A DNA stretch of 64,000 bases, taken from NCBI GenBank assembly GCA_036170915.1, contig JAVHQC010000020.1, forward strand, positions 32,001 through 96,000, given 5' to 3'. Positions 1 to 8,999 of this stretch are shown piece after piece. Source of the DNA: Cyanobacteria bacterium auto_48_18 (GTDB lineage: Bacteria > Cyanobacteriota > Vampirovibrionia > Obscuribacterales > Obscuribacteraceae). The notes under the pieces are model-generated. The model was not told the DNA's origin. It ran no database searches and worked only from the letters and a program-made list of their open reading frames with translations. How positions within the stretch are numbered: the stretch's first letter is position 1; each line of letters opens with the position of its first letter. Both the position numbers and the translations under genes were made by a program.

Positions 1-1062
1 CTTGGCGCCTTCTTTCTCACCCTTATCGATCATGCCTCTAACTTTGTCGAGATGTTCTCTTGATACTAGTGGTCCCATGTCTGGATGAGTCTGACCATCA
101 GTTGGGCCGACTTTCATTTGGGCCGCTGCTTCCACCAGATGTGGTACCAGTGCTTCGGCGGCATCACCAACAGGCAGAGCTAAGCTACCGGCCATACACC
201 TTTCACCGGCGCAGCCAAAAGCTGATGCTTGCAAGGCCTGCACAGTCTGTTGCATGTCTGCGTCAGGCATAATGATGATGTGGTTCTTGGCACCACCAGC
301 CGCTTGAACGCGCTTACCGTTAGCTGTGCCGGTTGTATAAATATACTTGGCGATGTGTGTGGAGCCGACAAACGAAATCGCTTTAATTAGCGGATGAGTG
401 AGCAGTGCATCGACGCAATCTTTGCCACCATGAACAATGTTGAAAACTCCGTTAGGCAGACCGGCTTCAGAGAGCAAATCTGCAATCATCATGCTGGTTA
501 GAGGCACTTTTTCAGATGGTTTGAGCAAGAATGTATTGCCGCAAGTGATTGCGATGGGATACATCCACAATGGCACCATGGCAGGGAAATTAAAGGGGGC
601 AATACCAGCGCAAACACCAATGGGGTGGCGAATGGTTTCGCAGTCGACATTGCGAGCGATGTTTTCCATGCTCTCGCCCATCATCAAGCTTGGTATGCCG
701 CAAGCAAATTCAACTACTTCCATGGCGCGTTGCACTGATGCACGAGATTCAGGAAGAGTTTTGCCGTGTTCGCGTGTGACGCACTGAGCAATTTCTTCGT
801 AGTGTTGCTCCATCAAATTTTTAAAGCGGAACATGACGCGAGCGCGTTCTACAATCGGCACTTCTTTCCATTCAAGAAAAGCCTTCTGTGCTACTTGTGC
901 AGCTCTATCAACATCAGCCATGCCACCAAGTGGGGTGCGGCCGATGATTTCACCAGTGGAAGGATTGTAGATGTCTTGAAACTCTGTCGCGGTTGAATCT
1001 ACCCACTCGCCATCGACGAGCAATTTGCAGACCGTAGCTTTGCTAGTTTTAGTCGCGACCAT
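1..1062 (-). CDS. mmsA: CoA-acylating (methyl)malonate-semialdehyde dehydrogenase, 3'-truncated by the window edge
   Basis: Not in the ORF track because it has no stop in the window. Hand translation from ATG at 1062 gives MVATKTSKATVCKLLVDGEW...EHGKTLPESRASVQRAMEVVEFACGIPSLMMGE...GIAPFNFPAMVPLWMYPIAITCGNTFLLKPSEKVP, which is typical of MmsA/IolA. A GGAGGG RBS lies upstream. Confidence 0.9.
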   Translation of the reverse strand, partial: MVATKTSKATVCKLLVDGEWVDSTATEFQDIYNPSTGEIIGRTPLGGMADVDRAAQVAQKAFLEWKEVPIVERARVMFRFKNLMEQHYEEIAQCVTREHGKTLPESRASVQRAMEVVEFACGIPSLMMGESMENIARNVDCETIRHPIGVCAGIAPFNFPAMVPLWMYPIAITCGNTFLLKPSEKVPLTSMMIADLLSEAGLPNGVFNIVHGGKDCVDALLTHPLIKAISFVGSTHIAKYIYTTGTANGKRVQAAGGAKNHIIIMPDADMQQTVQALQASAFGCAGERCMAGSLALPVGDAAEALVPHLVEAAAQMKVGPTDGQTHPDMGPLVSREHLDKVRGMIDKGEKEGAK

Positions 1063-1257
1063 CTAACCCTCCAGTTTTACACACACATACACACATGTCC
1101 CAAACGGTATATAAGGATATCGCCTTGATATTTGTTGCGCAATATTAAAACGCTAAATAAGCCGAAAGCAGCCCTTTTTGAGAACTTTCTAATGCTCTGG
1201 AGGGAATTGTTGTCGGCCAGCACGGTTCGCCTAAATTTTCTTGGGAATTTCCTTAAC

Positions 1258-2154
1258 TTAAGCGATACCTTCACCGCCGGTAACACCATAAATTTCACCG
1301 GTTATGTAGCTCGCTTCCTGCGAGGCAAGCAAAACATATACGGCAGCAAGTTCTACGGGTTGACCAGGTCTTCCCATGGGCACATCTTTACCGAAGTCTT
1401 TTAGCTTATCATCGGTTTGTCCACCACTTGGTTGCAGCGGTGTCCAAAACGGCCCTGGTGCAACGGCGTTTACGCGCACACCTTTTTTGATCATTTGCTT
1501 TGATATTGATTTTGTGAAATCAACAATTCCAGCTTTAGTCACGGCGTAATCCACCAGGCCCAGTGACGGTTTGTAAGCTTGACGCGATGCCGTGTTGATA
1601 ATTGCTGAGCCGGGAGCTAAATGTGGTATCGCCGCTTTCGTTATCCAAAATAACGCGTACAAGTTTGTTTTCATGGTGATATCAAACTGCTCGGTTGTGA
1701 GCTCAAGAATATCTGGAGTGTTTGTCTGCGCAGCGGCATTGTTGACCAAAATGTCGAGGCCGCCCATTTCAGCAACGGCTTTTTCCACCATAGCGAAGCA
1801 GAATGATTCGTCTTTTATATCACCAGGAAGTGCGACACCTTTGCGTCCGGCTTTTTTAATCAGGGCGATAACGTCCTCAGCATCTCGTTCTTCTTCAGGC
1901 AAGTAACCAATGGCTACGTCAGCGCCTTCGCGAGCAAAGGCTATTGCCACCGCCCGTCCAATGCCCGAGTCACCACCTGTTATGAGCGCCTTGCGCCCTT
2001 TGAGACGACCGTGACCTTGATAAGAATCCTCACCGTGATCTGGCCTCGGTGACATCTCTTCAGCCAGGCCTGGAGCAGGTTGTGGCTGCTTCTCAAATGG
2101 TGGTTGCGGATATTGAGTGCGCGGATCTTGTTTTTTTAGCCGGTCCGAAGACAT
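1258..2154 (-). CDS. Short-chain dehydrogenase/reductase, YghA/YdaD-like general stress type
   Basis: TGGDSGIG NAD(P) motif, YAVTK catalytic motif, and N-terminal PRPDHGEDSYQGHGRL typical of the YghA/YdaD clade. Confidence 0.9.
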   Translation of the reverse strand: MSSDRLKKQDPRTQYPQPPFEKQPQPAPGLAEEMSPRPDHGEDSYQGHGRLKGRKALITGGDSGIGRAVAIAFAREGADVAIGYLPEEERDAEDVIALIKKAGRKGVALPGDIKDESFCFAMVEKAVAEMGGLDILVNNAAAQTNTPDILELTTEQFDITMKTNLYALFWITKAAIPHLAPGSAIINTASRQAYKPSLGLVDYAVTKAGIVDFTKSISKQMIKKGVRVNAVAPGPFWTPLQPSGGQTDDKLKDFGKDVPMGRPGQPVELAAVYVLLASQEASYITGEIYGVTGGEGIA

Positions 2155-3479
2155 CAGTTACCTTCAGCTCTTGCTGTGGCTTGATCAGCAAATTGTTGGG
2201 CCTGCAATGCTTGTTGTTGCGCCTGCATGGCCAGATTTTTTGCTGCGGTGGAAGTGGTAGTACTTGCCAGACTGCTTGCACTGTCGGCCGAAGCCCTGGC
2301 ACTGTTTGCAAACGAACGCGCTTCACTGGCGGCCGCTGCACGGGCACTAGGGTCGGTTGCGCTGAGCGCGCTGTTCAGCGAATTGCGCGCAGAGGCTGAA
2401 TAATTTTGTACCTGGGTCAATTGTGTTTGCACTTGTGTGTTGATGCCTGAGAAATTAGCCTGCGCCGCAGCTGGCGACGAGACGGGATTTTGTGAACCCA
2501 TCTGATTGCTCTGATTGCTCTGATTGTCGGCATCACCATTGTTACCGCTGTTATTGGCGCCAGCACTGCCACTGCTGTTCGTGCTGTTCATGTTCATGCT
2601 GTTGGCGCGACCAGCGGTGTTCAATATGGAAGACTGATTGCCACTACCAAATTGATTTTGACCTGAGCCGTTGCCGCCGGCGTTCATGTCAGATGCGCCG
2701 CCTGGATTCGTGAATCCGGTGGTAGCCCCATTTCTACTGGTTGCATAATAACGACCGCCACCTTGAGCGCCGCTTGCTGAAACTGGGCGCACATTGCCCC
2801 ACTCTTGCTGCCGAACCTGACCGCCGCTCTGCACGCCGCCGCCTTCCCGAACTCCGCCCCCTTCTCGACTGGCGCCGCCTTGAGACCCTTGTGAGCCACC
2901 TGGTGTAGTGCGATTCTGATTTTGCGAATTAATCAAGCTTTGTCTATTACTTTGATCATTGCCGGCTTGCTGTTGATTGCCTTGCCTTGTGCCACCGTCC
3001 TGATTTTGTCCTGACGCTCCCATATTTAATGGTTGGTTTTTGGGGAAGATGACGAACTCACCTGGGCTTTTATTATGGCGAAAGAGTCTGTCAAAAATGG
3101 AGCCGCCACCCTGATTTTGCCCACCACCGCCTGTATTGCCATAACCGCCGCCTGTGTTGCCATAGCCGCCGGTGTTATAGCCGCCAGTATTGCCGCCAAA
3201 ATCTTGTACGCCGCCCTGGCCATAAGTGCCGAAGTCACCGTTAGGATTGACGTCCATTCCCTGACCGGTACCGTAATTGTAATTGCCCTGATAGCCGCCC
3301 TGGTTTCCAGTCTGATAGCCTTGATAGCCACCCTGATTACTTGTGCCGGGCTGGAAAATGGCATTGAAATTTTGCGCGCCTGCGGCACTGTACAATGCCG
3401 GTGCCGCATTGACGACCACTAGAGCCAGCAGCGCTCTTGCCGAACTGCGAACAAATTTGTGCTGACTTTTCTGACTCAT
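2154..3479 (-). CDS. Secreted Gly/Asn/Gln/Ser-rich low-complexity protein with an Ala-rich helical C-terminus
   Basis: 441-aa ORF with a signal-peptide-like N-terminus and NQGGYQG / NTGG(G)Y repeats. Its stop overlaps the SDR start (TGATG). Confidence 0.8.
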   Translation of the reverse strand: MSQKSQHKFVRSSARALLALVVVNAAPALYSAAGAQNFNAIFQPGTSNQGGYQGYQTGNQGGYQGNYNYGTGQGMDVNPNGDFGTYGQGGVQDFGGNTGGYNTGGYGNTGGGYGNTGGGGQNQGGGSIFDRLFRHNKSPGEFVIFPKNQPLNMGASGQNQDGGTRQGNQQQAGNDQSNRQSLINSQNQNRTTPGGSQGSQGGASREGGGVREGGGVQSGGQVRQQEWGNVRPVSASGAQGGGRYYATSRNGATTGFTNPGGASDMNAGGNGSGQNQFGSGNQSSILNTAGRANSMNMNSTNSSGSAGANNSGNNGDADNQSNQSNQMGSQNPVSSPAAAQANFSGINTQVQTQLTQVQNYSASARNSLNSALSATDPSARAAAASEARSFANSARASADSASSLASTTTSTAAKNLAMQAQQQALQAQQFADQATARAEGN

Positions 3480-3512
3480 TTTAGGACCTGTTACTGGTGA
3501 GTCACAACTGGG

Positions 3513-4247
3513 TCAAGCCTTTGATTGCCTGAGCTTCCGCAATTGATCGTCATGGGTGAGAGCTGGTACTTCTCCACCTTTCAGTGTAACACCGACTTTG
3601 TCAGCAACAAATCCCAGTTTTCGTAGGAACCACATATCTACGCGCTTTTTTTGCAAAGTATCACGTAAATGTTTGATATTTGAGAGGAAAGTGCCGTCCT
3701 CAAAGGTGCGCATACGCTCAAAACCACCGGTCAGGCGTTTTGACCCATGATTGCAATGCAGCACTTCAACAATATTATTGACCTGCACAGGTCCCAGGAC
3801 TGCTGCTGAAAAACCTTGTGGCTGTCCCTCGCGCAAATCCCCTTCGTTTTGAAGGAAATCAACTTGCAGCCAGGTTCTGGCTGTGAACCTGACGCGCAAT
3901 ACAACCGGTTCGCAAATCAGCGAATTAAGCGTGTCTGGCTTAATGTCACGCAGGCAGGCGGCGCGAGCATAGGCGTAAGCATCTTGAGCGCGAGTGGTAA
4001 AAAAGCTGTAGCTATTGCGGCCAGGCTCTAAGAAGCCGGTTTTGTTGATTTCCCATCGCCGGTAGCAGTTAGTGCCATGATAGAGAAAAATTTCGTTCTC
4101 GGGCTGATTGTAGTCCAGATTGCCATGACTCGCGGCAAAATCCGCAAGGGGTGGTGGAACTTGATGGTAAGGTAGGCTATCCAAGCGTCCTCTCAAATCA
4201 AACAACAAATCAGCCCTGGATTTCCCCGCAGGGAAACCACCTTTCAT
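3513..4247 (-). CDS. ADP-ribosyltransferase-fold protein (Tpt1/KptA NAD-binding lobe or DUF952-like)
   Basis: LYHGT...I..TGF, then SFFTT...A.AYA, PVVLRV and VLGPVQVNNIVEV reproduce the strand order of H-Y-type ART folds. Confidence 0.6.
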   Translation of the reverse strand: MKGGFPAGKSRADLLFDLRGRLDSLPYHQVPPPLADFAASHGNLDYNQPENEIFLYHGTNCYRRWEINKTGFLEPGRNSYSFFTTRAQDAYAYARAACLRDIKPDTLNSLICEPVVLRVRFTARTWLQVDFLQNEGDLREGQPQGFSAAVLGPVQVNNIVEVLHCNHGSKRLTGGFERMRTFEDGTFLSNIKHLRDTLQKKRVDMWFLRKLGFVADKVGVTLKGGEVPALTHDDQLRKLRQSKA

Positions 4248-4356
4248 ACGTTATGCCCTCGCAGTGGGGGTGTCTAACCAAAGCATGAATTTTCGTATGC
4301 AAAGCAGCAGCACTGGCGCTTGAGCCAAATGCAGTTCTCGGTTGAAAGTTTCCAGG

Positions 4357-7300
4357 CTATTCCATATGCTTTTCGCGAGCAGATTGAATAGCGGCAGTGG
4401 CCGCAGCCAGTGCCTGACGCACTCTGTCTAGATTCCACTCAGCGCTATCTCTGACTGTGGAAGTAAACTCAGCGCGTTTATTGGTCAATTCAGCAAACAA
4501 TTTTTCGCTTTCAGTTTCCATTGTCTCAATGCTGCTTTCGATTGCCTTAGCAAGATCTTTGTTTGCTTGCTGCTTAAGGCTACCCAGCTTAGAAAGGGCA
4601 TGATTACGTTCTTCAGTCAACTCTGGTTCACTGTCGACGGTTGATGCCTCAGCAAGATTTTTAAGCGTTAGATCGCTCTCGAGCATGCGTCTTTCAGTTT
4701 CTTTGATATGGCCGGCCACTTCCTGCGTGCGTTGCACCAGATCTTGGCTGGCGCGCTTGAAGGTCTCTTCAAGCCCACTCTTGAGGCCGCGGCCTGAACT
4801 CTCAAGATCAGTCAGACACTCGTCTACAGAGCGTTTAAGACCGTCTGAGGCGCGATTGATGCTGCCGTCAAGGCGCGCCAGTTCGCTAATCAGGCCAGCA
4901 TTTGATTCACTAGCCACCTGACGGCTCATGTCGTGGATCATCGTGCGCAGAATTTCTTTTTGCTCATTCAATCGGGGCAATAAAGTTTCAGCCAGAAGTT
5001 GTTTGGTTTTTTGAGCCACTGCCATTTCGGAGACGGCCATGGTGTGCGAAATCGTTTGCTCAAGATCAAGCTTTGTAGAGCGCAATTTTTCGCAAGCGCG
5101 ATCGAGTGAGCTGTCAATTTCTTCAACCATTGAGCGCATGTTGCGTTCAAGCGATTGGGTGATGGAAGAATTTTCTTCAAGCATGCGTTCGCGGAAACGA
5201 TCAAAGCGTTGTGTGACTTTCTCGCCATAGGCATCATGGCTTTCTTTGAGCTGCTCAAGAATTGACTCGCTCAAGCGTGCCAGTTCATCGTTGCGGCTGG
5301 CAATGAGATTATTTAGTCTGGTTTGCACACTGAGTGTGAGTTTTTCTAATTCGCTTTTGAACTCGGCACAATCACGGATGATTTTGCCCGACAGTTGTCT
5401 TTGCTCTGCTTCAAGGGTCTCAAGGCCCGAGGCATCAAGGTCGCTCAGCAAGCTGCGGCCACTTTCAGATTCTTTTGAGAGCCCGGTTTGTACATCTACA
5501 GCCAGATTATCTAAACGACCTCTGAGTTCACTAGACAGATTGGTGAGATTAACCTCAGCATGTTTTTCTAGATCTTGAGCTTCACGCAAGAGTGACTCAA
5601 CCTGGCGGTTTAGGCGCACTTTGAGCTCTTCTGCGCGGCTGCTCAATTTGTTGGCAGCTTTAGCGACCTGTTGCTCGAGCTTGCTCATTAATGTAGCCAT
5701 CTCGTTCATCATCAAACGAGTGTCTTGAGCTGGTGGAGCCTTTCTTACTCCAGAGTCAAACTCGCCCATAGCTGGTGCGCTGGCTGCAGTAGACCAGTTG
5801 CTTGCTGGCGCTGGAGCCGGTGCAGGCTCAGGTGCTGGTGTCGCCGTGAATGCTGGCGCTGGGTCAGCAGCAGGTGCAGGAGCCGGAGCTGGTGTAGGAG
5901 TAGGTGCAGGTTCTGGTTCTGGTGCTGCTTGCGGCGGCAGAGACAATTCTAAATCAGGGGCAAGCGAAATTGACTGACCAAGAGCCTCTCCAAATTCTGA
6001 AGGCAGCGGATCCGAAGCTAAAGCTGACAAACTGGACGAGCTTGTAGTAGCAAAATCAACTGAGGCCGATGCGATTGATTCAGGTGTGGCAATTGGCTCA
6101 GCATCTGAAATTGATGCTTTAGTTTCACTGGGTGATACGGCTGATACCGTTTTTGGTACCGCCACATCAAGCAATGGCTCTTGCTGAGATGCTGGTGTCA
6201 AACCGGCATCGGGGGTAGCTATCATAGGCTCTTGAATGTTGTTTGCTTGATGTGGAGCGACAACAGAAAGATCAGAATAGCTTGAAGTAGAAGGTTCATA
6301 AGCCGGAGTCACAGCCGGATTAGCAGCTGGAATAATTTCAGACACTTGTGCTTCAGGGGCTACGGTCAGCGGTATTTCTTCAGGCCATAGTGCTGATGTG
6401 TCGGTCTGTGGTATGCGATTGGCGTCTTCTGGCCAGAGGGCAGCTATATCTGCTGGTGTGCCTGCCTCTACTGGCAGCTCAGCAGCAGGTGCTTCAGCTT
6501 GTGGGCCAGGTGTTGAAGGCTCCGAAATTGAGCTAGGGGTCGGGCTGGAGCCACCAAGTTCTGAACTTCTGCGCAACGGGCTGGAGTAATCGCGGGGGCG
6601 CACTCGAGTTTGCATTACTTGCGAATCGCTCATTTCAGGAGCCGCGGGCGTGCTTTCAGGAGCCACTTGCGAGGTTCTTGATGTCGGTGGCGTATCGATT
6701 GGTGTAGCGTCGATAACCGGTTCCACCGCTGGTGGTGCCACATCCAAAACCGGTAATTTTGCCAATTCAGGCTCTACAACCGGTTCTACGATTTGCTCAA
6801 CTGGCACTTCGGCAGCTGCAGCCGGAGCTTGTGCTTCTACTACTTCTACTACTTCTACTTTCTCTTTCTCTTCTTCCGGTGCATTGAAGAGAGATGTGTT
6901 GGGGTCCATATTTGACCAGAAGCCGCCACCACTACTAGTCATTGGTGCGTTGTTTAAATTGTCGGCTACAGGTGTGCCTTGTTGCCAGACTTCTTCAGCC
7001 GCAGCTTCTTCTTCATGGCTTGTGACCGGCGGTGCGGCATCAAGACCGCTATCTTTAGAGAGCTGTTGTGTCAGTCTCTCAAAGAGAGAGCCGTCTAGAG
7101 GTTCAGTGGAGTTAAATGACGATTCAACGGCGGTAGACCATTCAGCTTCACTGCTTGGATGACCAGGGGCGGAGAGCACTTCTTCTGTTGGCGAAGCAGC
7201 ATCAGTAGCAGAAGTATCAGTGTCACCAGGAGGCTGATAGTCCATCCAGGCATCAGGATCAGCTGGGGCTGGCTCTTCCGGAACCGGCTCAGGCAGCTTA

Positions 7301-8958
7301 GCTTCAGGATTGGTTTCGATGGTGCCACGAGCGGCATTCTCGAAAATTGGCGAATCAAAACTAGCGTTTTTCACTTCTTCCACAGGAGTGGAGTATGTAG
7401 ATGGATTGAGATCCCAACTGTCAATTTTTGCCTTGGCTGGAGGAGCAGTGGTGTCCCCTTTGACATATTGATCATAATGGTTGTCGCCGAAGTAATCTTT
7501 CAGGCGGCTCTGCTTGCCACGCTCAGATTCTTCCTTAATGCGCCTTTCTTTTTCAAATTCACTTTCGGCATGTTTAATTGCGGCTTCACCAGCAAAGCCT
7601 TGCTGGTAATCATTGAAGAATTGTGCCGAGAAATCTTCTTTAGGAAGGCTGCTTTCAATAACAGCAGTGGCCGTCTTCGGTTGCGCGTCATAGACATCGT
7701 GCGACATGGCATACCATGGTGGTGCCATTTTGACGGTAGTTAACTGTTGATCAATGCGATTGTCGCCGGCTATCAGAACCGCGGTTAAAGCGTCGGCAGA
7801 AGCTGTCGCCCATGGTGGTGTATCGTCATAACGACTGGTAGTTTGAGTCGGTTCAGCAGGCAATTCTGGTGCCGGTGCCGGAGCAGACGGAACAAAGTCT
7901 GAGTTGGCCGGGCCAGGATTGAAAGAATAATCTTGCGGTTCTGGTGCCAGACTTGATTGCGCGAACATGGGCGCGTTGATCTCAGACTGTGGCGGCAACT
8001 GTAAGTTAGTGTACGAAACCTGTTGCAAAGCCGGAGAAATTTCAAACACCGGTTGCGCTGCTGGTGTCACCTGTGGTGGCGGGAAGGCTGGTCCGGCAGT
8101 GGAAGCCGGTGGGGCCACGGGCTCGTAAACAGGCTCATAAATAATAGGCTCGGCTTGCTGCGATTGGCTGGCAAGCGGTGTGGTGAAGCCTTGCTCAAAA
8201 GCACTGGCTGTAGGAGTAATCGCTTGCTCGGCGCGAATGGCCTGCTCGGTCATCAGACCGTGCTGGACTGCTAACTCGCCCAGGGCTAGTTCTTCTTCCT
8301 TAATAGGTACGAAGCAGGCCTTCAGTAGGCTTTTGTTTTTGTCGTCCTGACGGCCTTCAGGCGTGAAGATCATATGGCAGACCGCGCCTATATCAAGCAA
8401 TGGTTTGCCAACTTGGGCGGTGACTTTAGCGCCAAGCTCACCAAGTAATGCCAATAAAGGTTCTTCCATAGCAGAACCTTCTACGGTCAAACTGCGTCTG
8501 GAACCCCCTTGAGCATAGTTTGAGCCTACTTTGTAGAGTGACTTAATTTGAGTAGCTACCAAACGATTAACTGGGCGGCAAGCCAAATAATTAAAGTCCT
8601 TACCATCAAGAATCGCACGGGTAGCCTTTTCTTGCAAAAGTGTATCGAGCACTCTAAATTCGTAGGCAGAAGCGCTGATATTGACGACAACGCATTGGCC
8701 CTCGTCTTTGCTCACTACCACGCAAAGATCTTTAACTCGGAAAGTCTCACCTTGATCTTCAGCTTTTTTGGAAAAAGTAGAAAGACCTGATGGTGCCGCC
8801 ACTTGTTCAAGACAGAAAATCAAATAGCCGGGCTCATAGAGCTGGCTTTCTTGAGCAGCCCAGTCGTTAGGCGACGTCGGTTTGGCCTTGTCAAAAACCC
8901 GCAAATAGGCTTTAACGTCAGGTATTCTCAGGTGGTGTTGGCGAAGCATTGAGTTCAT
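4357..8958 (-). CDS. Large protein with an unknown N-terminal globular domain, a ~840-aa Pro/Ala/Glu/Ser-rich disordered linker and a ~450-aa C-terminal hendecad coiled coil
   Basis: 1533-aa ORF. The C-terminal part has a large hydrophobic residue every 11 positions (L-EQQVAKAANK-L-SSRAEELKVR-L...). Confidence 0.85.
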   Translation of the reverse strand: MNSMLRQHHLRIPDVKAYLRVFDKAKPTSPNDWAAQESQLYEPGYLIFCLEQVAAPSGLSTFSKKAEDQGETFRVKDLCVVVSKDEGQCVVVNISASAYEFRVLDTLLQEKATRAILDGKDFNYLACRPVNRLVATQIKSLYKVGSNYAQGGSRRSLTVEGSAMEEPLLALLGELGAKVTAQVGKPLLDIGAVCHMIFTPEGRQDDKNKSLLKACFVPIKEEELALGELAVQHGLMTEQAIRAEQAITPTASAFEQGFTTPLASQSQQAEPIIYEPVYEPVAPPASTAGPAFPPPQVTPAAQPVFEISPALQQVSYTNLQLPPQSEINAPMFAQSSLAPEPQDYSFNPGPANSDFVPSAPAPAPELPAEPTQTTSRYDDTPPWATASADALTAVLIAGDNRIDQQLTTVKMAPPWYAMSHDVYDAQPKTATAVIESSLPKEDFSAQFFNDYQQGFAGEAAIKHAESEFEKERRIKEESERGKQSRLKDYFGDNHYDQYVKGDTTAPPAKAKIDSWDLNPSTYSTPVEEVKNASFDSPIFENAARGTIETNPEAKLPEPVPEEPAPADPDAWMDYQPPGDTDTSATDAASPTEEVLSAPGHPSSEAEWSTAVESSFNSTEPLDGSLFERLTQQLSKDSGLDAAPPVTSHEEEAAAEEVWQQGTPVADNLNNAPMTSSGGGFWSNMDPNTSLFNAPEEEKEKVEVVEVVEAQAPAAAAEVPVEQIVEPVVEPELAKLPVLDVAPPAVEPVIDATPIDTPPTSRTSQVAPESTPAAPEMSDSQVMQTRVRPRDYSSPLRRSSELGGSSPTPSSISEPSTPGPQAEAPAAELPVEAGTPADIAALWPEDANRIPQTDTSALWPEEIPLTVAPEAQVSEIIPAANPAVTPAYEPSTSSYSDLSVVAPHQANNIQEPMIATPDAGLTPASQQEPLLDVAVPKTVSAVSPSETKASISDAEPIATPESIASASVDFATTSSSSLSALASDPLPSEFGEALGQSISLAPDLELSLPPQAAPEPEPAPTPTPAPAPAPAADPAPAFTATPAPEPAPAPAPASNWSTAASAPAMGEFDSGVRKAPPAQDTRLMMNEMATLMSKLEQQVAKAANKLSSRAEELKVRLNRQVESLLREAQDLEKHAEVNLTNLSSELRGRLDNLAVDVQTGLSKESESGRSLLSDLDASGLETLEAEQRQLSGKIIRDCAEFKSELEKLTLSVQTRLNNLIASRNDELARLSESILEQLKESHDAYGEKVTQRFDRFRERMLEENSSITQSLERNMRSMVEEIDSSLDRACEKLRSTKLDLEQTISHTMAVSEMAVAQKTKQLLAETLLPRLNEQKEILRTMIHDMSRQVASESNAGLISELARLDGSINRASDGLKRSVDECLTDLESSGRGLKSGLEETFKRASQDLVQRTQEVAGHIKETERRMLESDLTLKNLAEASTVDSEPELTEERNHALSKLGSLKQQANKDLAKAIESSIETMETESEKLFAELTNKRAEFTSTVRDSAEWNLDRVRQALAAATAAIQSAREKHME

Positions 8959-8999
8959 GGCTTTGTCTTACGAAGAATCCTAATAAGGAGAGGGCTAAT

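Noticed and set aside
60..996. Short plus-strand ORFs here and the many 60-190-aa antisense or alternate-frame ORFs across the window
   Set aside because: They are shadows of well-supported genes on the opposite strand or in another frame (here mmsA), with no motifs of their own.
1078..1098. CA-rich microsatellite upstream of the mmsA RBS as a phase-variation tract
   Set aside because: Short, interrupted and outside the coding sequence, with no evidence of function.
3513..4247. Bona fide kptA/tpt1 RNA 2'-phosphotransferase or a toxin-antitoxin toxin
   Set aside because: It lacks the N-terminal RNA-binding lobe (LRH motif) and the HVHLS motif, and no antitoxin-like partner is adjacent.
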